Assembly (NCBI GenBank): GCA_026195255.1
Contig: JAPHSS010000026.1
Location: 15,403 to 79,402, forward strand
Source of the DNA: Gammaproteobacteria bacterium
GTDB lineage: Bacteria > Pseudomonadota > Gammaproteobacteria > SZUA-229
Direction of reading: 5' to 3'
DNA length: 64,000 nt
The translations under genes were made by a program, and so were the position numbers. Under the pieces are notes generated by a model. That model did no database searches. It was not told the DNA's origin and saw only the letters and a list, made by a program, of their open reading frames with translations. Below, piece by piece: positions 32,106 through 41,277 of this stretch. The first letter of the stretch is position 1; every line of letters starts with the position of its first letter.

Positions 32106-35100
32106 TTGAATTATACAGGTATCGAGATGATTGATTCTGACATTGAAGGTAGTGAGTTAGGTACAGAGCAATTTGATGCGTTTTTTGCAGTAGCATCAAG
32201 ACTATCTGTAGATGCAGAGTGCGCTCATCTGGATTTAATGGATTATGATAAATATTTTTCTTCAATATGTGAGTTGTTGTTACCTTATAATCATGCGGTA
32301 TTTCAGGACCTGGCAAGCATTCTGTCAGAGGGGTTGAATAAAATAATTAATGAAAACAGACCCTTGATCGATAGTGAGTGTGTTTTTCTAAAAAGAATAC
32401 CTGAAATATTATCCGAATATGCCTTTATACCTGAAAGTAAAATTCCTGACTTACATCTTTTAAATCACTTTAAAAATGAATCATGGGTGCGTCCTGTCAA
32501 TACGGATGAAGAAAAAGTTTTGTTACATCACTTGCTTGATAAAACTAAAAAAGCCGTCGATTCGGAAGTGCAGGTGGATGAAGAAATATCTGAAGTATTA
32601 GAAGTCTCAAATCAGCAATATAATGATAAGTGTGAAATAGATATATCGGATATAGGCGCCGAGTTAGATGTTTCTATCAGTGATTTTGAAACTTCGGTAA
32701 ATAAGCCTGATGATAATCATAAAACCGATGATTGCGGTGCTCGTGCGGATGAGGAAGAGCCTGAAGTATCTGAGGTCTCAAATCAGCAATACAATGATCC
32801 ATCTGATATAGATATATCGGAGATAAGCGCTGAGTTAGATGTTTCTATCAGTAATTTTGAAGCCTCGGTAAATAAACTTGATGATAATCATAAAACCGAT
32901 GACTGCGGCGTTCAGGAGGGTGAAGCAGCATATGAAATATTAGAAGTCTCAAATCAGCAATACAGTGATCAATCCGATATAGATATATCAGAGTTAGGGG
33001 TTGAGTTAGATGCTTCCATTGGTGATTTAGCAGCGGTGATAAATAAGGATGTTAATGATTTTAAAATCGGTCTTGCAGAGTCACCGGAAGAGTTGAGTGA
33101 ATCAGACGACGCCGAAGGTGAGTTTAATATTGAAGATGCACTTGAGGTTTCCCGGTTTTATGAAGAAGATTCTGAATTAGAGACAAATGATTTTGAATCT
33201 GAATTATCACTAGATGATCTCGTTGCGGATGATGTTGGCTCATTTAAGGATGAAAATATAGTTAACATTGGTGATCTGGCGGAAGAGTATGAAAGTGACG
33301 ATCAACAAACAATAGAAATTAACCCAGAACAGAAAGAATTAATTGCTTTAATTGCAGAAGAGTTAATAGAGTTTAATCAGGATAAAGAATCGATTCTGGT
33401 TGATGCTGAGAAAAACACTGTAGACTTTAAAAACAATCTCTTATCCATAGCAGATCAAACTGAAAACATAAGAAATGCCATAGGTATTATTGGTTTGGAA
33501 GGTCTGTCAAATGTGACTGATTTTGTGTCAAAAAACATTCATGCCCTAGCTACAAACGATACAGTCCTGACGAGAGATCAGGTGGCTATGTTAGGTCAGT
33601 GGGCTGATTATATTCTTTCATATTTAAATGATATAGGTAATAAGCAGGTATGTGCTGACATTCTTCAGTTCATCAAAAAACCATTCTGGCCAGAGCTCAT
33701 GGAAGATGGTATTTCTGAATCTCTGGAGCAGTTATTGGTCAGTCCTCAGCTAAAAGAAGAAGAAAGGGAAGTTAGAAAAAATATTGCCTCACCTGAAGAC
33801 ATGTCATTAGTTTTGCCCGATGATGTTAATCCCGAGTTATTAGAAGGCTTGCTTCAAGATCTGCCAATACAAACCGGTGAGTTTTCTGTTGCGATTCATA
33901 ATTTATACGACCAGCATAATATTGAATATTTAGAAATAGCACAACGCATAGCACATACTCTTAAAGGTGCTGGTAATGTTGTCGGAGTGAAAGGCATTGC
34001 CAATCTGACGCATAATTTAGAAGATATACTAGAAATTCAGTTTAAAGCTAAGAAGTTGCCAGCTGGCGAGTTATTAGAGGCGTTAATAGATGCGGCGGAT
34101 TGCCTGGAAACAATGTCCGAAGCATTATTGGGTATTGATGAACCGCCCGATAATGCGCAATCAGTTTATCAGTCGGTATTAGACTGGGCTAATAAGCTAG
34201 ATGCGGATGGAGCCACATGCCTGGATCTAGCGGTTGCAAAGCGCAGTGATATTAAATTAGTTGAAGCTGAAGAAAAAAACGTTGCTAAAGAAGTAAGCTC
34301 GGCTGTTAAAAGTCCGCTTAATATTGAAAACATGTTGAGGGTGCCTGCTAAGCTCGCCGATGACTTACTAAGACTGGCTGGTGAGAATTTAATATCTACT
34401 TCTCAGATTCAGGAATACATTAAAATCATTCAAGCCAGATATAAAAATTTAAAACTGCAAGATCAGAGTTTACAGAAATTTTCCTACGATCTGGAGCATA
34501 TAGTTGATGTTCAGGGTATTTCAAATAGTGGCCCTATCAATAATGTAAGCAATGATGGTTTTGATTCGCTTGAACTTGATCAGTTTCATGAGTTGCACTC
34601 GATGAGCCGAAGGCTGGTTGAACTAGCGGCAGACTCAATTGAGTTAACTCAAATTCTTGAAAAAGACTTTTTAGAATTACAAAATCTAGTGGTAAATCAG
34701 GGTCAGCTACAAAAAGAAAATGAGCAGTTAGTTCTACGAACACGAATGGTACCTATCAGTACTATTGTGCCAAGATTAAAAAGAGGGGTTAAACAGGCAT
34801 CCAGGCTAACCGGAAAATCTGTTGATTTACATGTTGAAGATAATGATACATATATGGATAGCGAAGTTTTAAATAGCTTGATTGAGCCGTTAATGCATAT
34901 CCTTAGAAACTCGGTAGGTCATGGAATTGAAGATACCCAGGAAAGGCAGGAAAGAGGTAAAGTTAATCACGGTCAAATTAATCTGATTTTTTTACAAAGA
35001 GGAGATCAGATAGTTATCAAAATAACAGACGATGGAAGGGGTTTGAGTTTATCTGAAATAAAAAATAAGGCCATTTCACTGGGTTTGGTGAAATCTGAAA

Positions 35101-36137
35101 ATGAAGTTACAGAGCTTAATCTGCAAAACTTTATTCTTCAGCCCGGCTTTTCTACGCGTACTGAAGTTAACCAGATGTCAGGGCGAGGTATTGGTCTGGA
35201 TGTGGTTAATAGTAAAATTCGAGAATTAAAAGGTAGTATTGAAATACAGTCAGCGGAAGGCCAGGGTTGTCAGTTTCTTCTTACTTTACCCATATCTTCA
35301 TTTTCTGTTCATTCATTGTTGGTGCGAGTAAGAGAAAATATATATGCATTTTCAAACAGAGGTATTGAAGAGATTTTATACTCTGGATTAGGCGAACTAC
35401 AGAAGGTTGGTCATGAGACAATGTTTAAACTGGAGGATCAGTATTATAATATTTCAATGATCGAGTCTCTACTGAGTCTGCCAGAAGATAGAAGAGAAGG
35501 TGATCGTGATAATCGTCCGGTTATACTGGTTAAAGATGATACTGCATCACATACCGCTATCCTGGTACAGGATGTTATAGATAGTCGGGATGTTGTTGTT
35601 AAGTCAATGGGGGAATATATACCCAAAATACCAGGAATTATTGGGGCTACCGTTTTAGGTGACGGAAGTGTTGTTCCTGTAATTGATTTACCTGAATTGA
35701 TGCAATCCAGACAGATTATTGATAATACCTATACTGAAGAACATATTGTATTACATGAAGAAAAGAAACTGCCATATGTTTTAGTCGTTGATGACTCATT
35801 AAGTGCGAGAAAATCTCTGGCTCAGTTTGTAGAAGATCTCGGCCTTCAGGTGAGAACGGCTAGAGACGGAATGGAAGCGGTTTCATTAATTGAAGCTCGT
35901 AAACCTGATTTAATTCTGGTTGATATGGAAATGCCACGTATGAATGGTCTTGAGTTAACGGGGCATATCAGAGCATCTTCCATTACTCAAAATATGCCAG
36001 TTATCATGATTACTTCGCGATCAACAGATAAACACCGTAAAGCTGCAATGGATAAAGGTGTTGATCATTATATGGTCAAACCATTTGCTGAAGATGAGCT
36101 GGCCATTCAAATTAACTCTGCTTTAAAAACTGCATGA
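32106..36137 (+). CDS. ChpA-like hybrid CheA kinase (Hpt-HATPase-CheW-REC)
   Basis: Hpt AHTLKG, HILRNS..HGIE, DDGRG, PGFST, SGRGIGLDVV, GATVLGDG, C-terminal REC VDMEMP; alternative start ATG 32127. Confidence 0.93.
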   Translation: MNYTGIEMIDSDIEGSELGTEQFDAFFAVASRLSVDAECAHLDLMDYDKYFSSICELLLPYNHAVFQDLASILSEGLNKIINENRPLIDSECVFLKRIPEILSEYAFIPESKIPDLHLLNHFKNESWVRPVNTDEEKVLLHHLLDKTKKAVDSEVQVDEEISEVLEVSNQQYNDKCEIDISDIGAELDVSISDFETSVNKPDDNHKTDDCGARADEEEPEVSEVSNQQYNDPSDIDISEISAELDVSISNFEASVNKLDDNHKTDDCGVQEGEAAYEILEVSNQQYSDQSDIDISELGVELDASIGDLAAVINKDVNDFKIGLAESPEELSESDDAEGEFNIEDALEVSRFYEEDSELETNDFESELSLDDLVADDVGSFKDENIVNIGDLAEEYESDDQQTIEINPEQKELIALIAEELIEFNQDKESILVDAEKNTVDFKNNLLSIADQTENIRNAIGIIGLEGLSNVTDFVSKNIHALATNDTVLTRDQVAMLGQWADYILSYLNDIGNKQVCADILQFIKKPFWPELMEDGISESLEQLLVSPQLKEEEREVRKNIASPEDMSLVLPDDVNPELLEGLLQDLPIQTGEFSVAIHNLYDQHNIEYLEIAQRIAHTLKGAGNVVGVKGIANLTHNLEDILEIQFKAKKLPAGELLEALIDAADCLETMSEALLGIDEPPDNAQSVYQSVLDWANKLDADGATCLDLAVAKRSDIKLVEAEEKNVAKEVSSAVKSPLNIENMLRVPAKLADDLLRLAGENLISTSQIQEYIKIIQARYKNLKLQDQSLQKFSYDLEHIVDVQGISNSGPINNVSNDGFDSLELDQFHELHSMSRRLVELAADSIELTQILEKDFLELQNLVVNQGQLQKENEQLVLRTRMVPISTIVPRLKRGVKQASRLTGKSVDLHVEDNDTYMDSEVLNSLIEPLMHILRNSVGHGIEDTQERQERGKVNHGQINLIFLQRGDQIVIKITDDGRGLSLSEIKNKAISLGLVKSENEVTELNLQNFILQPGFSTRTEVNQMSGRGIGLDVVNSKIRELKGSIEIQSAEGQGCQFLLTLPISSFSVHSLLVRVRENIYAFSNRGIEEILYSGLGELQKVGHETMFKLEDQYYNISMIESLLSLPEDRREGDRDNRPVILVKDDTASHTAILVQDVIDSRDVVVKSMGEYIPKIPGIIGATVLGDGSVVPVIDLPELMQSRQIIDNTYTEEHIVLHEEKKLPYVLVVDDSLSARKSLAQFVEDLGLQVRTARDGMEAVSLIEARKPDLILVDMEMPRMNGLELTGHIRASSITQNMPVIMITSRSTDKHRKAAMDKGVDHYMVKPFAEDELAIQINSALKTA
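32585..33050 (+). repeat. Intragenic tandem repeat, 171-bp (57-aa) period, about 2.7 copies
   Basis: GARGTCTCAAATCAGCAATA at 32601, 32772 and 32943; EVSNQQY.D...IDIS....ELD.SI repeated. Confidence 0.92.
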
Positions 36138-36138
36138 T

Positions 36139-36642
36139 ATGACAGATTTACAATTTAAAAATAAATTACTAAGAGATGATGCTAAATATCATGTTTCGAT
36201 ATTGTCTTTTGCGGGTATTAAGTTAATTGTTCCGCAAAGTGAAATCCTCTCTATTGAGAGTATTTACGAATTAGAAAGTAATGAAGATAATGACAATAAT
36301 TACATAGGTGTGATTTATAAACAGGGAATCAAACTTCCCGTATATTGCTTTTCAAAATCTATGGATATATATAAATCCTTACCTGAAGACCGCTTTCAAT
36401 GTGTGGTACTTCAGCATGAAAATATTATGTTTTCATTGCTTTGTTATGAAATTAGCAATGCAGTTATTAGTGAAATTGAATTTCATAACTTACCAGTATG
36501 CATGAATAATAAGCGTATTCCATTAACCCACTTATGTTTATATAAAGATGCAGAAAATATAAATAAGTTAGGAATGGTGACCAGCGCTGTTTGTTTAAAC
36601 GAGTATATTAATAAACTAAAACGTCACTCCATGAAGCTTTAA
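36139..36642 (+). CDS. Divergent CheW/ChpC-like protein
   Basis: LIVPQSEILSIE and YIGVIYKQGIKLPVY resemble the CheW fold; directly follows cheA. Confidence 0.6.
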   Translation: MTDLQFKNKLLRDDAKYHVSILSFAGIKLIVPQSEILSIESIYELESNEDNDNNYIGVIYKQGIKLPVYCFSKSMDIYKSLPEDRFQCVVLQHENIMFSLLCYEISNAVISEIEFHNLPVCMNNKRIPLTHLCLYKDAENINKLGMVTSAVCLNEYINKLKRHSMKL

Positions 36643-36644
36643 TT

Positions 36645-37112
36645 ATGAAAACAGATAATAATGATAGTGGTGTCGCTGCCTGGTTGCTACAGGTAGACAG
36701 GCTTGTTAATGTGGCCATTGGGCAGTTTGAACTTATCCATATAATCGATGAACCAGACTATATGGGGATACCTCAAGCCCCTGATTACTGTAAGGATGTT
36801 GTTTTATGGAACAACAATATAGTACCGGTAATGAGTTTGGCGTCATGGTTAACCTCTTGCTTACAGGTCGATAACACAGGCGTGGTTGCTATCGTTGTAT
36901 ATGAAGATGAGCAGGGTAAACATAAGTTTGGTGGAATAAAGCTTAGCAGCCCACCAGTTCAGGCCAAAGTGAAGAATAGCCAGCAATGCCAGCTAACAGA
37001 CGATTTTGATAAGTGGCGAAAAGTGTCGCTCTCGAGCTTTAAGTCTAAAACTGGCGATATTGTGCCTATAATTGATGTCAGTAAACTGTTTTCACATGTA
37101 TTATTGAGTTAA
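36645..37112 (+). CDS. CheW-like protein
   Basis: IPQAPDYC..VVLWNNNIVPVMSL and VPIIDVSKLF motifs. Confidence 0.7.
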   Translation: MKTDNNDSGVAAWLLQVDRLVNVAIGQFELIHIIDEPDYMGIPQAPDYCKDVVLWNNNIVPVMSLASWLTSCLQVDNTGVVAIVVYEDEQGKHKFGGIKLSSPPVQAKVKNSQQCQLTDDFDKWRKVSLSSFKSKTGDIVPIIDVSKLFSHVLLS

Positions 37113-37230
37113 CAACCGTTATGTCGATAGAAGAATGTCGATAGTAACCTAAATGATAAAAGATAGATAAATCTGAAATGTCTCTAACATAAGAGAGTAA
37201 TGGCGTAAAACCTGCTCTCAGGAGTTATGT

Positions 37231-37878
37231 ATGAAGTTGAATACAGAGAAAACTAGACTTTTATTAGTAGATGATCACGCAATAGTCAGGGCGGGATTTA
37301 GATATTTACTTGAAAGTGACGCTGATTATGACATTCTTGAAGCCGATTCGGCTGAAGAGGCGTGTAAAGTCTATGGTGATTATAAGCCAGATGCGGTAAT
37401 AATGGATTTAATGATGCCAGGAATGGGGGGGCTGGAAGGTTTAAGGCATTTAAATGCAAAAGATAGAAATGCCAAAATACTCGTTCTAAGTATGCGGGAT
37501 GATCTTGCATATGTGACCAGAGCTACTCTTGCAGGGGCTACCGGATATTTAACTAAACGCAGTGCAGCTGAAGAGCTTGTTAAAGCAGTAAATGTGGTAA
37601 TAAAAGGTCAGCATTATCTGAGTGCTGATATATGCGAATCAAATCGTAATGAACCTTATGTATCTGAAGAAGATAAAATTAAAGGCTTAACAGAGCGTGA
37701 GTTTGAAATATTTTGTTTACTTGCTGAAGGTAAAACAGTAACAACAATATCAGTAGATCTACACTTGAGCCCAAAGACGGTTAGTAATCATAGAACACGC
37801 ATTATGCATAAACTCAAAACATCAAACATTGTTGAGTTAACGCATTTAGCTATTCGTAATGGTTTAGTCGAAGCGTAA
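37231..37878 (+). CDS. NarL/LuxR-family DNA-binding response regulator
   Basis: LVDDHAIVRAG, MDLMMPG, LTEREFEI..LAEG and LSPKTVSNHR HTH. Confidence 0.93.
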   Translation: MKLNTEKTRLLLVDDHAIVRAGFRYLLESDADYDILEADSAEEACKVYGDYKPDAVIMDLMMPGMGGLEGLRHLNAKDRNAKILVLSMRDDLAYVTRATLAGATGYLTKRSAAEELVKAVNVVIKGQHYLSADICESNRNEPYVSEEDKIKGLTEREFEIFCLLAEGKTVTTISVDLHLSPKTVSNHRTRIMHKLKTSNIVELTHLAIRNGLVEA

Positions 37879-37890
37879 TCGTTTTAAATA

Positions 37891-38586
37891 TTATATCGTT
37901 TCATTACTGGTGGTTAAGCGGTTTAGTAATAACTGAGTGAATCTTTGTCTTCTATTAATAACTAAATAAGCATTTTTTATTAGATAATTAATAATAGCAT
38001 CAACAGATTCATCAATAGTTAAAAGTGAAGTGTCAATGATTATTTCGGCTGATTCTGGTGCTTCGTAAGGCGAATCAATACCTGTGAAGTGTTTTATCTC
38101 GCCGGCCCGTGCTTTCTTATATAAACCTTTTACGTCTCGATTTTCACATAAGTCTAAAGGGCATTTTATATATATCTCAATAAACTCTGTTTCATTAACA
38201 ATATTTCTGACGCATTTTCTATCTTTAAGAAATGGAGATATAAATGTTGCAAGAACCATTACACCTGCATCGATAAAGAGTTTAGAGACTTCACCAATAC
38301 GGCGTATATTCTCAGTCCGGTCATTATCACTAAAGCCAAGGTCATTACTTAGACCGTGTCGAACATTATCACCATCCAGCAGATAAGTTCGAAAGGCCTC
38401 CTTATGGAGTCGCTGCTCTAGCGCATTGGCTATTGTGGTCTTTCCTGAGCCTGACAGGCCGGTAAACCAGATTATGGCAGATCTTTGTTTGTTCAGGTTG
38501 TCTCTACGGTCTTTGGTTACGTTAACTTCACTCCAAACCACATCACTTGATTTCTTTTGTTCAATGTTTACTGACTCATTCTTCAT
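37891..38586 (-). CDS. cysC: Adenylyl-sulfate (APS) kinase
   Basis: [38 protein letters not shown] and FTGIDSPYE motifs. Confidence 0.96.
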   Translation of the reverse strand: MKNESVNIEQKKSSDVVWSEVNVTKDRRDNLNKQRSAIIWFTGLSGSGKTTIANALEQRLHKEAFRTYLLDGDNVRHGLSNDLGFSDNDRTENIRRIGEVSKLFIDAGVMVLATFISPFLKDRKCVRNIVNETEFIEIYIKCPLDLCENRDVKGLYKKARAGEIKHFTGIDSPYEAPESAEIIIDTSLLTIDESVDAIINYLIKNAYLVINRRQRFTQLLLNRLTTSNETI

Positions 38587-38686
38587 AACTCACCTGCACC
38601 TGCGTTGCGTCTATAGACAAATGTTATAAGTTAAGAGCTTATAAAAATGTCTTATAAAAAGAATATATTAAATATTTAATTTTGGC

Positions 38687-38824
38687 ATAGGAAAAACTCC
38701 TTATCTTAATGGTTTCGTTAAAATAACCCGGATTAGGCAACCGAGAGACTAGCTTGCGGTGAGCGCGTAGGAAAAATTCCCTTTCTTGGAAAATAGTGTA
38801 TGTTTTATAGGAGTAATGCCTATA
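38687..38824. promoter_or_regulatory. Three TAGG-N7-CCYW boxes in the divergent cysC/CHR intergenic region (candidate NarL-family operators)
   Basis: TAGGAAAAACTCCTT (38688), TAGGAAAAATTCCCT (38768), TATAGGAGTAATGCCTATA (38806). Confidence 0.5.
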
Positions 38825-38924
38825 CTGTTAATCACGATGAAATATGTTTTGTAATTTCGTTATATAAATACTTTATGAGGATTCAGTGTTTTCTGGGTGT
38901 TTATATAGAGCTGTAGGTTGATTT

Positions 38925-40157
38925 ATGAGTGTTAATGCCAATGAATGCCTTGCACAGGGGCGGCCATCATTATTGTCTTTATTCTGGATTTTTCTAAAAA
39001 TAGGTAGTACCGCTTTTGGTGGTTTCATGGCCCTCATATCGGTTGTACAAAACTATCTGGTCAATAGAAAAAAACTATTGTCAGATGAAGAAATGCTTGA
39101 CGGGATTTCTTTAGCAACCATCTTACCTGGCCCGGTTGCTGTCAATGTGGTTGCTTATGCAGGTTATAAAATTCGTGGCATTTCTGGCGCCATTGTATGT
39201 GCTGTCGCAGTAATATTACCTTCTTTTTTCCTTATTTTATTTCTAAGTTATGCCTATTTTTCCTGGGGTGATATGCCTGCAGTGGATAGTGTATTTAAAG
39301 GTTTTTTACCTGCAGTCGCCGCAGTTATAGTCGCAACAGTAATCAATATGGGGAAAAAATCCTTAACTGGATTTAAAGAAACAACAATTGCTGCAATAGC
39401 TGTAGCTGTTCTCGTGCTGATTGGTGGTTTTTTCAGCACCCTGGCAATTATATTATGTGCAGGGCTGGCAGGCTTGTTATTATTTAAAAATCATAAAGAT
39501 GTGGTTCAGGTAGATAATATTAAAGCTTCACCAAAAGAAGAGAAATCACATCTTAAACAGTTTCCAATACTCATACTGGCATTTATTGCAGTATGTGCAT
39601 TACTTCTAACAGCGCCATATATCATCAGTTCCAGTACTTTTATGGCGGCTAAACTATTAGCTACATTTTCCGGTATGAGTTTGCTTTTATTTGGTGGGGG
39701 GTTTGTTTTTATACCCTTAATGCAGGAGTCAGTAGTTGAAACCTATCACTGGATAACACATCAGGAATTTATTGATGCTATTGCTATGGGGCAGATAACA
39801 CCAGGGCCAATATTAATAAGTGCGACATTCATTGGTTATAAAGTAGCAGGCGTATTTGGCGCGGCAACGGCAACAATCGGAATATTCACGCCACCTGCAA
39901 TGTTAATGCTTGTGTGTACGCATTATTTACAGTTATTAAAAGAATCAATTTATTTGAAGGCAATATTAAAGGGTATTCGGTGTGCTGTGATAGGCATGAT
40001 TTTAGCGGCGGCTTATTTTGTAGCCATGTCTTCGGAAATAAATGTGGTAACTAGCGGAATATTTATTCTGTCAATGATTGCTCTCCTTAAATTTAAACTT
40101 GAAGTGGTATGGATTATACCTGCGTCAGGTTTAATTGGGCTTATAGCCTTTTCCTGA
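38925..40157 (+). CDS. Long-chain CHR (ChrA chromate/oxyanion transporter) family protein
   Basis: Two homologous hydrophobic halves: AFGG/LPGP and FGGG/TPGP. Confidence 0.9.
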   Translation: MSVNANECLAQGRPSLLSLFWIFLKIGSTAFGGFMALISVVQNYLVNRKKLLSDEEMLDGISLATILPGPVAVNVVAYAGYKIRGISGAIVCAVAVILPSFFLILFLSYAYFSWGDMPAVDSVFKGFLPAVAAVIVATVINMGKKSLTGFKETTIAAIAVAVLVLIGGFFSTLAIILCAGLAGLLLFKNHKDVVQVDNIKASPKEEKSHLKQFPILILAFIAVCALLLTAPYIISSSTFMAAKLLATFSGMSLLLFGGGFVFIPLMQESVVETYHWITHQEFIDAIAMGQITPGPILISATFIGYKVAGVFGAATATIGIFTPPAMLMLVCTHYLQLLKESIYLKAILKGIRCAVIGMILAAAYFVAMSSEINVVTSGIFILSMIALLKFKLEVVWIIPASGLIGLIAFS

Positions 40158-40232
40158 GTTTTTAATGTTCTCGCCTAACTAGTGAGATGGTAGTTTTATT
40201 TTAATAACAATAACTTATATTTGGAGTAAAAA

Positions 40233-41240
40233 ATGGAACCTGTTTTTATGATTGGTACGCAACGATCTGGTTCAAACCTGCTGAGATTAATGTTAAATCA
40301 ACTTACCGATATTGCTTCACCCCATCCACCGCATATTCTAGAACGCATGATGCCTTTAATGAGTTCTTATGGAAGTCTTGAGAACGACGCCAGTTTCAAA
40401 ATGTTAGTTGATGATGTGTGCAGGCTGGTTGAATTAAACCCGGTTGAGTGGAGTGGTGTTAAGTTTGATAGAGAAAGCATAATTTCGAAGTCTTCAGAAA
40501 GAAGTTTAATGGCTGTTTACCATGCAGTATATGATGCGTATGCTGAAGCCCAGAATGCTAAAACATGGTGCTGTAAGAGTCTGGCTAATATTAAATATAG
40601 AAATGAAATTAAAGATTATTTCAAGCACCCTAAATTTATTTATTTATACCGTGATGGCCGTGATGTCGCTCTGTCATTTCAGAAAGCCGTTGTTGGTGAA
40701 AAGCATATCTATAACATCGCAAAAGACTGGGCTGATACACAAGCCATGGCTTTGAATTTAAAATCATCTGTGGATGAGAAATATTTTCATTCTATTAGTT
40801 ATGAGCAGTTAACGCAGAACCCGGAAGAGTCAGCCAAAGCGCTTTGCAAATTTTTAGGCGCAAAATATGTACCTGAAATGCTTGATTTTCATAAAACAAA
40901 TGAAGCTAAAAATGCTGCCCAGTCGAGTGAGCTGTGGGGTAATGTAACAAGTCCAATTTTGAAAAATAATAGTAAGAAATATAAAAATGAAATGTCTGAA
41001 AAGGATGTTCGAATATTTGAGTCAGTAGCGGGTCCAATGCTTGATTGTTTAGGTTATGAGCGAGATTTTATTCCCATAGGTGAAGAGCAGGTGTTTGCAA
41101 AAGGTGATATTGATAGCTTTAACAAACAGAATAAAAAACAGAAAATAGAAAACATGTCAAAAGTAGATGAAAACGATAAAAAAAGAAGAGAAAGGCAGGC
41201 TAAACTGTTAGAAGAAATAAAATCAAGATCTGCTGCTTAA
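40233..41240 (+). CDS. PAPS-dependent sulfotransferase
   Basis: 5'-PSB loop IGTQRSGSNLL, 3'-PB motif YLYRDGRDVALS, ISYEQL..NPE...LCKFLG. Confidence 0.9.
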   Translation: MEPVFMIGTQRSGSNLLRLMLNQLTDIASPHPPHILERMMPLMSSYGSLENDASFKMLVDDVCRLVELNPVEWSGVKFDRESIISKSSERSLMAVYHAVYDAYAEAQNAKTWCCKSLANIKYRNEIKDYFKHPKFIYLYRDGRDVALSFQKAVVGEKHIYNIAKDWADTQAMALNLKSSVDEKYFHSISYEQLTQNPEESAKALCKFLGAKYVPEMLDFHKTNEAKNAAQSSELWGNVTSPILKNNSKKYKNEMSEKDVRIFESVAGPMLDCLGYERDFIPIGEEQVFAKGDIDSFNKQNKKQKIENMSKVDENDKKRRERQAKLLEEIKSRSAA

Positions 41241-41277
41241 GTCTACAATGTTTACCGGTTAAACGGGAGAATTAGTA

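Noticed and set aside
37201..37216. Sigma54-like TGGCGT-N5-CTGCT before the NarL gene (similar site at 32091)
   Set aside because: The predicted start would fall downstream of the AGGAG RBS, and no enhancer-binding protein is in the window; probably chance
38925..40157. Calling this a chromate-resistance locus
   Set aside because: Family membership is clear, but no chrB/chrC/chrF is present and the context is sulfation, so function is left open
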